The notes beneath the pieces are model-generated. The model worked only from the letters and a program-made list of their open reading frames with translations. It was not told where the DNA came from and searched no databases. A stretch of DNA of 64,000 bases from Podarcis gaigeae (Eukaryota). The stretch lies in assembly GCA_964106915.2 (NCBI GenBank), contig OZ066918.1; one strand, 5' to 3'. Below are positions 38,169 through 50,112 of the stretch, piece after piece; positions within the stretch are counted from its first letter, which is position 1; every line of letters begins with the position of its first letter. The position numbers and the translations under genes were made by a program.

Positions 38169-40086
38169 ATGCTGGGAGATGTCGTTTGTTAGTTATTTCA
38201 TCAGTGGAACCATCCCCCTCGGGAGGTTGTAGGCTCTCCTTCCCTGGAGGTGTTTGATGGCCATCTGTCATGGATGCTTTAGTTGAGATTCCTGCATTGC
38301 AGGGGGTTGTACTAGATGGCCGTCTTAGTCCCCTTCCAAGTCTGCAGTTCTTTTTTATTTCACTTACTACAGAGATGCAATAGCTTATAATTTTAGTGCA
38401 CGAGCTGCCTTTCTCTTTAGCAATTTCCTTGCAGCGCTTCATGTGGTCTATTTCCGGTGCCAATTCATTCATAACCTTCTCAGATCTGTATATTTAACTG
38501 TGAATTTTGTTCAGCAGTGAAATGAATCTCTATGAAAGACGTGAAAAGAAAGAAAACACACGTGGGGGTTGTGGGGTTTATTTTATTGTTACTGTTATGG
38601 ATCACCGTCATCTTAATTTTCAACCCAATCTTTTTAAAGTCGAATCTCCTTCACTCCTTCCCACCTTGACGTCATCTTACTTCCTTCTTCTATAGGAAGA
38701 TACAATGTTCAAGGAAGCAGCCTCTCTGCTCCTTAGCTATGCACTCCCCAAATATATCTATATCCATAAAGGATAAATAATACAACTCCAGCCCTAATCA
38801 GGCATTCCACGGAATGTGTGAAGACAGAGACTGTGGGAGGAAGGTGGAGAACGCACGCCAGCCCTGACCTCAACTCCACTTCTGACTTCAACACACCGAG
38901 TGCAAAGGTCTGAAGTTTATTCTAAGTGCATTTGGCTAAACATACTCGGAATCTTCCCCATGCTTGAGAACGCAAGCAAGGCAGGGGTCTCAATCTTAGG
39001 AAGACTTCTATGTGGGTTCAGCTTGGAATCCCACTTCAGATCTTTGCACCTGAAATTTGCTTCCATTGTGGTGGGAAGTGGAGCTAATGTACTCAACTCT
39101 GCTCCTTCCCCAGGTTCATTTTGAACACCTGAAGGAGGAGATATATGACGCGCCCCTAACATGGGCATAGGCAAGGGGGCAGGGGGGGCACTTGCCCCCT
39201 CCTAAATGAAGTAAGTAAGTAAAAATACTTTACTAAAAGTAGAAACCGTAGAAAGATTGACAGATTTTTCTGAGCACTTGGGGTAAAAACAAAAAGTAAT
39301 TTAAAACAACATTTCATTCCGAATCTGCTAGACAGAGGACGGTGACAGGTTTCCTGCCCCTCCTTAACATAAATCCTGACTACGCCCATGATCCCTAATA
39401 AAATGAGTCCAAGCTTTTACTGGTACCATTACTCAGATACAGCTCCTAGTGCTGTCATTTGAAGCAATAAACGTCTTGTTGGGGGAAATCAATTTATACA
39501 TGAAAAATAGAACATTGAAAACCATCCAATTAACGATGGAAAACAGTATAATATATGCTAACAACGCAATCCTACACATGTCTACTCAGATGTAAATTTC
39601 ACTGAGTTCAGTAGGGCTTACTCCCAGTTACAAGGGTTCAAGGTGGCAGCCTAAATGATCCATCGGTCTGCGCTTGCACAACTAACAATATAGTTACATT
39701 TCTGTAACGTAAGAGAGCTCAAAGGGGATCTGGCACAATATACTTTTTTTAATTGCCGAGTTACGTGCTAGAAGTTTTTAAACAATGCTATTCGGGAACA
39801 ACGTATGTGACATGAACAGAGTACATATGCTATATAAAACAAGTGCTAAGAATATGAGTTTTGTCTCAGTTCAAAAAAATACAGGAATAATTACAGTGAA
39901 GTATGAGAAGTTTTCAACCCATTTCCAAGTCCAAGCGTTTTAGCAAGGGCAGGTCTGTAAAAGATTAAAAGCACACATTTGATAAATACATGAGAGCAAT
40001 AGCCCAGAATCCAAAACCCTTATCCATTTATACAATATAGGCAGCCCAATGCAGAGTTCACTGAATTCAAGGTCAATTTCAATGGA

Positions 40087-40287
40087 TCATGACTCATTTT
40101 CAGAGCTGATGCACTGATCTGAATGGGGGAAACTCCCCATTGCTAGATCCTCTGTTGTGACACCAACTTTAGTGTTGGCATCCTTTGGTAGAGTGTCATT
40201 CACACAGAAAATAGTGGGGCTTCTTCCTTGTGTGATGTTTCTTACTCCTGTACAACAAGATTTTGGTTGATTGACCATCAGATGTTC
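40087..40287 (-). pseudogene. Candidate relic terminal exon of the TM4SF1-like gene (66 open codons, acceptor GG instead of AG)
   Basis: Polypyrimidine tract ttttctctctttcatGG|GAA; phase-0 open frame EHLMVNQPKSCCTG...SENES*. Confidence 0.35.
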
Positions 40288-40891
40288 CCATGAAAGAGAG
40301 AAAATGATAGTCACTCAAGGACCAAAGGAACAATGCTTGGAAGTAAAATGGGTAGTAGATACTCCTTATGAGACCAGAAGATTATAAAACTAAATATGGC
40401 AGTAAAAGCTCTGGTGACCAAATCATTTAGAAAGTTTGGGAGGAAATTAACATCATGGGACACTTGCACACATTCTCATCTTTTCATATGAGCAAATCCC
40501 ACTGATGTAACATTATGCAACATTTGGGAAAGGCATAATGTCGTGCAGTGTTCTTCAACCTTGGGTCCCCAGATGTTGTTGGACTACAACTCCCATCATC
40601 CCCGACCTCTGGTCCAAGCTGGCTGGTGATGATGGGAATTGTAGTCGAAGAACATCTGGGGACCCAAAGTTGGAGAACACTGCTCTCATGCCAAAGCTAA
40701 GAGCCACAATCCAAGATAGCACTGAACATACATCACTGCGCTGAAATCTATGGGTTGTGTCCAGATATGTCACACTCAGAGTAGATTCATTGATACAAAT
40801 GGTCATGAAAGACAGATGTCAATTGAATTCAGTGTGTCTACTCCAAACATCACTTAGTCAGATGCAACCCTATAAACATGAATGCACTCAC

Positions 40892-41023
40892 CTCTATTTT
40901 GGATTGTGGCCAAGCATTTTTAAGTCACACTGAAGCTGCTTGGGAGTGTTTTAAGCACATGCCCAGCTCTCTTGAGCGGCAACACTCATTTGGTTGGGGC
41001 CCACAAGCCGGATCGATTCTGTG
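40892..41023 (-). CDS. Candidate TM4SF1-like exon 5 (132 nt, phase 0/0, in-frame TGA at codon 33)
   Basis: ggttttgcag|CAC...GAG|GTGAGT; [43 protein letters not shown]. Confidence 0.5.
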
Positions 41024-44000
41024 CTGCAAAACCAATTAGTAGTGTTTGGTTCTTTTTGATGTCTGTTTCGCTGCGTTGTAATTGCTAACATTTTATTGGA
41101 TTTACATTTTTATGGTACGGCTGCTTTGGGGGCATTGCCCAAAAGGGACCTATAAATGCAATAAATATAGAAATATACTTTGTATTCGCTTGTCCAGGCA
41201 CTAATTTCCTAATGACACAGACATAATGGCCATCCTTGGCTTGCTGAATCAGCTCGTAAAGCGTCATGGGCAGTTTCTGCATGGTCATATAACCCCAAAA
41301 ATACTTGTTGAAAGCTTTGGGTAGCCTTTAAACACACTTACCTCTTTGTGAACGTGGCACACGGTACATGCGCCTCCGAGACAGCCCCTTATTATGTGAA
41401 TGGTGCAGATAATTATTTCGATGCCGCTCAAAACAAGCAGGATGGCGAACAGGGTCACGTTCCAGGTAACAATGTGCTCATGGCACAGGTACCTATTGAA
41501 AACAATCACAAATATTAATTTGTAGCTGTGGAAGTGGGGGGAAGGTGCCGCAACAACAACAACAACAACAAATTGTTCTAATAAATTTAATAGTCTTTGT
41601 CCCCATTTAATATTTTGAAGGTATTTGCTCCCTATTCCCTGCTTTTTCAGACAGGGAGGAAGGGAGAGAGAAAAACAGCAGTAAGGAAATATCCTCACAA
41701 CATGGTTTTTCCTCCCTGGAGAGGGACTGTCTGCAACTAGAAATAGACAAATCTGTCACTTTTTATTTCTTTCCATTTTTTGTTTTTTCAGTCTTAAGTT
41801 CAGTTCTTCACATTTCTGCAACAGTTTGCAATTTTTTTAAAAAAGTCCTCCTGATAATTCATCCGAATTTTAGTACTCAAACAGTGGTACCTTGGTACTT
41901 GAACGGCTTGGCTCCCGAACAAATCGGCTCCCGAATGCCACAAACCTGGAAGTAAGTGTTCCAGTCTGTGAACTTTTTTCGGAAGCCGAACGTCCAACAC
42001 GGCTTCTGCAGCTTCCGATTGAGTGCAGGAAGCTCCTTCAGCCAATCAGAAGCCACACCTTGGTTTTCGAACAGTTCCGGGAGTCGAACGGACTCCTGGA
42101 ATGGGTTAAGTTTCAGAACCAAGGTACCATTTGGTATATACATTTTTGTAGGCTCTCCAACCCCTCTGCCAACATACACATTCTTGCAAGCAATCTTTCC
42201 TAATGCATTCTCGTACCCAAGTTTATTCATTTGTGTGCACCAGGGTTTCCCAAACTTGGGTCTCCAGCTGTTTTGGAACTACAAGTCCCATCATCCCTAG
42301 CTAGCAGGACCAGTGGTCAGGGATGGTGATGAATGACAGGGTGCAATATACTACTTCAGTGGTTCTCAAAGGGTGTGGCAGGAGAGTATGGCAAGAGGGG
42401 TGGGAAGATTCAAGGGCTATCACAGAAACATTTAAACAATTCACTTGTGTTGATGAGGAAATGAGGGTTTGTTTATCTCAAATTAGACTTAATATAAAAG
42501 ATTACCCAGCAAAAGCCAAGTCACACCTCTCATTGAATCTGTATGCATACTTAAAGCATGCACGCGCACACACACGTATTTTTCCGTGAATAAAATGCCC
42601 CCTATTTTTTGGGAATCAAAATTAAGAAAACGCACTATGCACGATCACTTATTTTAAACTTCAAAAATTTAGGAAAAAATATAGACTTATACATGGAAAA
42701 ATATGATATGGAAACAGAAAGAGGACAGAGATTTTCCTTTTTCAATGTACTTCTCATCAATAAAAATTTCACTGTGGCGCAAGCAAATTTTCAAATTTTC
42801 ATTCTGAAAGTGTGGCTCAGAACAAAAAGTTTGAGAACCACTGTCCTACTTAATAATCAAAACCTCCAGGCAGTTTACATAAAATATACCTTTAAAATGC
42901 CAATATAATCAGACAAGATAGTCTTAAAAAATCAAAATAAAACCAGCAACAGAGACATAATAGACTCTGATGCCTGGGCAGTATGCAAAGGTGTTTGAGC
43001 TCCAGCACTCATCATTCTCAGTCCACATGGCTGGTTGCCCAAGATGATGAGCGTTGCAGTCCAAAAGACACCCTGCCCCTGCAGTCTGCCACAGGAAAGC
43101 TTACATACCCTCCATGAGTGTTTAAGAACGGATAGCACCCGCTGTGGTCATCAGTGCAATAACAGTAAGGTCTTTCGGCCAAAGCCAAAGCTGAAATGAT
43201 GAAGCAGTATCCAGCACCGAGAATCCCAACAGCGGCCACCACGACTGATGCCAGCAGCTACAATAGGAAAGTAGAAAGAATGGAGTCAGGGGACGCTGGT
43301 CTGTTAAGGCAAATGGGCTATTGCCCCACTACTCCAGTCTGCCCTCAGCCAGTCCCATTTCCTTGCCTTCTTGCTTAAGAAATAGTCCGGGATGTGGTTC
43401 TGGTTGTCAGGTTCCTCCTAATCAGTCCAAATGTAGAACTCAGTAGGGAAGAGGACAACATTAGAAATGGTTGGCTCTGCCTGCCATTGGCTCTGGCGCC
43501 ACCTAGTGTTGGCCTCTCTGCCTTCCACCCAACCAGCTGCGATGGGTACCCACCACCAATGAAAGGAATGAACAGCCTCCTCTGAGTTTCTGATTGGGTC
43601 TCATATTTAAATGACTGGCAAAGGGAAAAGGCTCACTTACTGCGCAGTTTCTCCCATAGTGCTCGTGGGGAAAGCACCCATGGAAACACCCCTCATTTTC
43701 GAGTCCAATGAGCACAAATGCCGGGATCAACACCTAGGTTTAATTTAAAAACAAACAAACAGTTGTATTGCAAACAATTATATTAGATCAGCGATTGTAC
43801 AGTGGTACCTCGGGTTAAGAACTTAATTCATTCTGGAGGTCCGTTCTTAACCTGAAACTGTTCTCATCCTGAAGCAAAGTTCTTAACCCAAGGTACTATT
43901 TCTGGGTGAGCGGAGTCTGTAACCTAAAGTGTCTGTAACCTGAAGCATCTGTAACCCAACGTACCACTGTATCTGCATTCCACATCTCAGTATGAGTTTC

Positions 44001-46154
44001 TGATTAGTTTTGATCATGCCTACTGATGTGGCTCAGCTTACATCTCATATCCCATTTATGTCCAATTTCTTCTAGCTAATTAAACCAAAAGATTTTTTTG
44101 TAGTTGCCCAATATCAGACCACCGTAATTAATGGATTTGACTTCATCTCCTGAGTCAAACCATTGGTTCATCTAGTTCAGTGCTGTCAACACTGACTGGC
44201 AGCTGCTCTCCAAGGCTTCAGGCAGAAGTTTCTCCCAGCCCTAGCTGACGGTGCCAAGAATTGAATTTTGGACCTGCTGCCGATGCTTTGCCACCAAGCT
44301 ACAACCCTCCCTGTGTCATGTATAGTTACAGATAGGTAGCCGTGTTGGTCTGCCATAGTCAAAACAAAAAAAATTTCCTTCCAGTAGCACCTTAAAGACC
44401 AACTAAGTTAGTTCTTGGTATGAGCTTTCGTGTGCATGCACACTTCTTCAGATACACACTTCTTCAGTGTATCTGAAGAAGTGTGCATGCACACGAAAGC
44501 TCATACCAAGAACTAACTTAGTTGGTCTTTAAGGTGCTACTGGAAGGAATTTTTTGTTGTTGTGTCATGTATAGTACTTCTGTTTTCATTGTGAAGACAG
44601 ATAACTGGCTGTATTTATTTGAATGTGTCAACGTACCAATTCAAGCTTGTTAGCCAATGGGCTACAGGCTAAATCAAATCTGGCCTAATTTGAAATTAAA
44701 CTATTCCACTTCTTCCACCTCCTTCATTTGCCCCTCCCCATCACTGCACAAGGGAGAGGTGGCTGCTGAAAAAAACTATCGGCCTGAATCAGCTGAGAGG
44801 GGATGTTTAGGTCTTGTCATAACGATGTCATGAACCACAGAAGGAGAAGGGATTATTAGCCGACACCTTCCTAGGCACCTATAATTCTAGGACTGGCCAG
44901 CAGGGAGGGCTGCCACCACAGACCTGGCGTCTTGGCAGCAGCGTCACCACCAGGGACAGTGGGAGGGCAAGGTCAAGGAGGTTCAGATGCATCAACAGGA
45001 GCATTGGTTTGCCTTTATTTTTTGCCATGCCCAAACAGCCTTGACCTTGCTACTGCCCCATTCCCTGACTGCTCCAGCACGCAGCAGCTACACAGCTGCC
45101 CACCTGTCTGCAGGTGTATTCTTCCCCATTGCCAGCTCCTGTAGCAAACAAAGGTGGCATACCCTCCTCCAAGCGTCCTGATTTTCCAGGAACAGAACAG
45201 TCCCAGAGTGATCCTGGAATGTCCCTATTTCCCCCGGCAGTGCTGCCACATTCTAGCTCAGGCTGGCATTTGTCATGAATGGCAGTGGCAGCAGCAGTGG
45301 TAGTGGCAGTGGCAGCTGCAAGGAAGTGCCCCACTGCCTCTCGATGGCCACTGCAGCCGGCCTCCTCCCTTGGATAGCTGGTAGCTGCCGCCACTGAGAT
45401 GTGCCAGCTCTGAGGGGCAGGCAGAGGGCAGGGTCTTCCTGGGTGGGAAGAAAGGGGGAGCAGAACANNNNNNNNNNNNNNNNNNNNNNNNNNNNNNNNN
45501 NNNNNNNNNNNNNNNNNNNNNNNNNNNNNNNNNNNNNNNNNNNNNNNNNNNNNNNNNNNNNNNNNNNNNNNNNNNNNNNNNNNNNNNNNNNNNNNNNNNN
45601 NNNNNNNTGGCTGGGTTTCTCCAGCCACTCTGGGCGGCTTCCAACAAGAGATTAAAAATACATTTACAAAATAACGCTTTGTCTCTCTGCATCTAATCTC
45701 GCCCCTTTCTAAAACTTCATTATTGGTGTGTGGTTTGTCTTTTTCTAAATTTACCATAGAAGAAAATAAAATTAAGGGGTTTCCTAAGGACAGTGTGCTG
45801 TGTCCTGTTCGTGGCACTCATTCTTTCTCTGATAGGAAATGTTCGGGGGTGGGGGCAACAAAAATGGGGGGGGGGGTTGAGGTGGGTCAGTTGCGGGGGA
45901 GAGAGAGAGAGAAATGCCCCAATTTTCACCTGAGGAATGTTGGAGAATATGAGGTAGTTGAGGACTGATATGTTTTGAAGTGAAACAGAGACACCCGAAA
46001 CCAAGGTGATGGCTTCTACTGTCCAGGAGACACCCTCAGTAACACACACATTTGTGAATTTTTTTAAAAATGCCATCTTTAAAACCAGGAAACTGCCCGA
46101 CATGAAACAATGATCATTTAGGAAATTGTTGTCAATAGACTCTAGAAAGGCACA

Positions 46155-46191
<37 letters not shown>

Positions 46192-47006
46192 TAAAAGACA
46201 TCACTTTTGAGATTTGGAATGTTTACGTGTCAGTTTTGAAAGTGAAATGAAAGCAGAGGGAAAATAGGAGAACAGAGGAAAAGAGCAACTTAATCTTCTC
46301 AATACCCTGACAGTATATACTGTAGTAAATATATAGTAAATTTTATGCTCTCCACCATAAAATAGAATTAGAGCTCAGCAGGAGAAGGCGTCAAGTGGGT
46401 GAAATATCTTTTATTCCATTCCTTATTTCTGAATCTCGCACAACCACCTCACAGAGGCCTCCAAGGATCCTGTTCTAGGCTGTCTGGAGCTCTGAATAAG
46501 AGTGCTCCTCTCAGGAGGTGGGGGGGCTACACTGCAACATTTTGTTGCAGGCCCCACTAGTATCATTCTGGTTAAACTTTCTGGTTGAACTTCAGTTCTT
46601 CAGCAGAAGAAGCCACCAAGACACTTTTTGTTGGCTTATTGTTCTGCACAACTCTGAATTTTTGAAACTTTTAAAAAAGTAAACATAAAAAGTAAAAATA
46701 TGGCAAAGATTCCAAATCCAGTGAGGCCATGTGGAGTTTTTTCTGAAACATGAAATTCAGCAGCTGAGGTAAGAGAAGCATAAGAACATCCATTGTGAGA
46801 AAGGAAACATACAGTGATTTGTTACTCACCAAAATACCTCCTCCTACAATGCCATGAAGACAGCCAACGTATCTGCTGAGGTGGTTGTGTGAAGCGTATC
46901 TTATTTCTCCATTGGGAAAATAAAGCAGGATGTTTGCTACGATGCAGAGCACAGCAAGAATCAGCAGCTTGTACCCAACATATTTAATGCATCTCCCGTA
47001 ACACAT
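40925..47006 (-). CDS. TM4SF1: Divergent TM4SF1-like (L6 family) protein; four secure exons plus a probable fifth ending at TGA 40925-40927 (about 222 aa)
   Basis: MCYGRC...[60 protein letters not shown]; syntenic position. Orthologue versus paralogue is unresolved and the 3' end is uncertain. Confidence 0.75.
41342..41492 (-). CDS. TM4SF1: TM4SF1-like coding exon 4 (30 nt shorter than the TM4SF18 equivalent)
   Basis: 151 nt; [50 protein letters not shown]; |GTAAGT. Confidence 0.88.
41882..42133. mobile_element. Tigger-like MITE (different internal sequence)
   Basis: CAGTGGTACCTTGG...CCAAGGTACCA ends. Confidence 0.7.
43109..43257 (-). CDS. TM4SF1: TM4SF1-like coding exon 3
   Basis: 149 nt; [49 protein letters not shown]. 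Confidence 0.88.
43641..43733 (-). CDS. TM4SF1: TM4SF1-like coding exon 2
   Basis: 93 nt; [31 protein letters not shown]; |GTAAGT. Confidence 0.9.
43800..43969. mobile_element. Tigger-like MITE, internally deleted
   Basis: TIRs and TA duplication; 65 bp from the TM4SF1-like exon 2 acceptor. Confidence 0.82.
44418..44455 (-). ncRNA. Minimal type I hammerhead ribozyme, mirror copy (sense to the TM4SF1-like pre-mRNA)
   Basis: Exact reverse complement of 44469-44506. Confidence 0.75.
44469..44506 (+). ncRNA. Minimal type I hammerhead ribozyme (Penelope-associated)
   Basis: GUAU-CUGAAGA-A-GUGUGC-AU-GCACAC-GAAA-GCUC-AUAC: core boxes, stem II, stem I GUAU/AUAC, palindromic AGCU in place of stem III. 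Confidence 0.75.
45468..45607. other. Assembly gap (140 N) in TM4SF1-like intron 1
   Basis: Run of N. Confidence 0.99.
46158..46190. repeat. (GT)n microsatellite
   Basis: Directly visible. Confidence 0.95.
46830..47006 (-). CDS. TM4SF1: TM4SF1-like coding exon 1
   Basis: 177 nt; donor TTG|GTGAGT. Confidence 0.9.
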
Positions 47007-47456
47007 GTTGCTTGCAGTTTTGTAAATGTTCTGTCAGTCGGTAGAGCCAAGGATCTGCCTGCATGTACCTATCCAAGAGCGAAAAGGGGGAGAGAGAGCT
47101 GTGCTCATTCCTTCTTAAATACCTTGGGCTACCTAGTTACCTGGATGATTATTACACATAAGCGATGAATGGCCACTGGGACTGAAGAATGTAGGACCTG
47201 GGAGAAGCACAGTCTCATTGGCCATTTCCAATCAAGCAGTTGCCAAATTGCTACAGCGCTTCAGCTGGCCTGAATTTTAACCTTATAGGAATGAATAATG
47301 GCATAGGCAATCCCACACGAAGAACAGGTTTCTAGACATAAAGGCAGCTAAAAAAAAAAACCTGGAAAGGGATGAGAGGAATAAAGGAGAAATGCAATGC
47401 TCTGCCAGGAACAATATAAAATTGTTGCTTTTCCAAATATGTCAAAGTGGTTTACG

Positions 47457-47585
47457 CAGTGCTTTTTTCTGGGGGTACGCAGACCCCTAAATATTTTGTG
47501 AATCTAAGTGTGGCCTCATTGAGGGGCAGTATTTCAATATGAGTAGGAAAATGACAGTACCCATAAACATTTAAAAAAAGCACTG
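47457..47585. mobile_element. hAT-type MITE
   Basis: TIR CAGTGCTTTTT; perfect 8-bp duplication GGTTTACG. Confidence 0.8.
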
Positions 47586-47707
47586 GGTTTACGACACAAA
47601 AAGGCTGGAATCATAAAAACGCCACGAAATAAACCCGTTGCTGAATTTTAAAACTACAGGTGAGTGAGAAACCTTTCAGAAGGAGGACATTTATAGAGCA
47701 TTGGATA

Positions 47708-47876
47708 CCGTATTTTTCGCTCTATAACACGCACCCGACTATAACACGCACTTAGTTTTTAGAGGAGGAAAATCCATAGGCATGCCACCCGTAGGCATTC
47801 CCTCCATAACACGCACAGACATTTCCCTTTACTTTTTAGGAGGAAAAAAGTGAGTGTTATGGTGCAAAAAATACGG
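47708..47876. mobile_element. pogo/Tc1-type MITE
   Basis: TIR CCGTATTTTT..AAAAATACGG; TA duplication. Confidence 0.8.
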
Positions 47877-49864
47877 TAACTAAATTTAAGTGAAGACTAT
47901 TCACATTGATTTCAGCTGGGTTTATTATTACTATGCTGTCAAAGAGTTAAGGACCACAGGTTTCCTTGCTTGGATCAGACCAAAGGTCAAGCACTCTGGC
48001 TCCTACAATTGCTACTATTCCCCTTGGAAACCTGAGCAGAACATAGTGATTAATGTCATCTGCTGTTATTTCTCTCTAACATTATTTTATTAGATTTTTT
48101 TACTCTACCCTTCATCACAAGGTTCCAGTAATCAAAGGTATTGTCAGATGATGGAGTCCTGTCATTATTGCACTTAAGATTTTGCCTTTCCTTCAAGGAG
48201 CTTAGGGGTGGCATACATTGCTCTCCTTCTCTCCATTTTATCTTCATAACAAGGTTTTTCGTTTGGTCAGGTTGAAACAGACTGTGACCGACCTAAGGCC
48301 ATCTGGTAGCTTTGTGGCTGAGTGGGGATTTGAACCCTGGTCTCCTAAGTCCTAATCTAGAGCTCCAACCACTATATCACACTGGGTTTAGGCAGAGGAG
48401 GCCCAGAATGACTACAAAGGTTCTGTCGTGGCAGCAAAGCTTCCAGGCTCACCTTCTGCTAAAGAAGTGACAAGAAAATGACCCAAGAAGGCTTGCCAAT
48501 GACTCATCCTTATGCTCACGATGGCAGCCAGAGAGCGGGCAGGAAACTAGGTGCAAGTGGGAAAACAAGAGAAGCATTTTAGGACTTTGTAGTCATGAAA
48601 TAGGCAGCTTTAGTTTGTACTAAAATAAATTTATGGCTTTAATTAAAGGTAAATGGGCTCTTGTAATGGGGAACACCAGGGCATGAAAAGAGATCCATTG
48701 GCTGGATCAAGCCAATGGCCCTTCTACTCCAGCATCTTGCTCTCACATTGGCCAACCAGTGGAAACCCCCAAGCAGACCATGAATGCGGCAGAAATCTCC
48801 CCACTTCCCAGCAAGTGGCCTTCCAATGACAGAGGTAGAAGATAGTCACCATGTCTAGTAGCCATGAACAGCTTTATGCTCTGTGAATTAGTCTAAGCTT
48901 GCTTAAAGCCATCCAAGTTGGCCATCTCTACATCTTCTGGGAGTCAATGTTGTAGTTTAAGCATGCACTGCATGAAGAAGTTCTTTCTTTTGTAGGTCCT
49001 GAATCTTCCAACATTCAGTTTCATTCAGTATTCAGAGTTGCTCCATCCCCTTGATCATTTTAGCTGCTCTTTTCTGAAACCTTTTTTTAAACTCTGCAAT
49101 ATCCTGTTTTGGGATGAGGCAACCAGAACTGTGAAGGAAGAGTTGTAGGCCAACGGCCCAAAAAGACAACCTAACTACCCAAACCAATGGGACCATTGGA
49201 AGTAAAAGTGTGGTAAGGAACCTGTGACCCTCTAGCCTTGTTGGACTACAACTCCCATCATCCCTGACTTGTTGACCACACTGGCTGGGGTAATGGGAGT
49301 TGGGGGTCCAGCAATATCTGCTGGGAACACAGTTTCTCCCTTCTCTGAAGTTAAAAAAAAAATCCCGAAAGAAATACAGGCAGAACAATCCTTTGCAGGG
49401 TGCGGCAGGGTGTGGGTGTGCGATCAATGATGGATCAAATGCCAGCTCCCAAGCCAGCTGGCTGCATCCTGGTGAGAAGGTAGAATGCACTGGCTTTTAA
49501 AATAATCATTGTTCCCCCTTCTGCTTTAGTTTCTTCTACCGTCACCAACCACTCCCATAGATTGTACCAGGGAGGAAAAAGCTACACCAGCTCCAGGGCA
49601 GGCATGGTGCTTCAGTTCTTTCAAAATATCAGAGCTGTTGGGTGGGGGCACTGTCTAGAAAAGACCTTGAAACCTGCAGCCAGACTAGTAATACAGAACT
49701 AGATGGACCAATGACCTGACTCATTATAGAGCCTCTTTGTATGAATATACACCCTCACCTCTTTAGTATGAACCATCATTGTGAGTCAGTGGGCTTGCCC
49801 TATATAGCCCTGATTTATTGATCTGCAGTCTGATCTTACATTTACTCAAGTACAAGCTCTACTA

Positions 49865-50079
49865 CAGTGGTACCTCGGGTTACAGACGCTTCAGGTTACA
49901 GACTCCACTAACCCAGAAATAGTACCTCGGGTTAAGAACATTGCTTCAGGATGAGAACAGAAATCGCGCAGCGGCAGCGGGAGGCCCCATTAGCTAAAGT
50001 GGTGCTTCAGGTTAAGAACATTTTCAGGTTAAGAATGGACCTCTGAAACGAATTAAGTTCTTAACCCAAGGTACCACTG
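49865..50079. mobile_element. Tigger-like MITE
   Basis: TIRs and TA duplication. Confidence 0.85.
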
Positions 50080-50112
50080 TACATTTAAAGGACTGCCATT
50101 TTAAAGTTTGGC

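Larger units (their letters stand above)
44327..44560. mobile_element. Penelope-like retroelement inverted terminal fragment (hairpin)
   Basis: Perfect 83-bp inverted repeat (44375-44457 / 44467-44549); 15-bp direct repeat TGTGTCATGTATAGT at 44312-44326 and 44561-44575. Confidence 0.8.

Noticed and set aside
40925-40927. Selenocysteine codon in the TM4SF1-like tail
   Set aside because: I could not identify a SECIS by eye, know of no L6-family selenoprotein, and the downstream acceptor is defective. A nonsense change is simpler; kept only as a testable alternative.
45050-45817. Long ORFs spanning 45.0-45.8 kb
   Set aside because: Artefacts of reading through the 140-N gap and low-complexity GC-rich repeat sequence.
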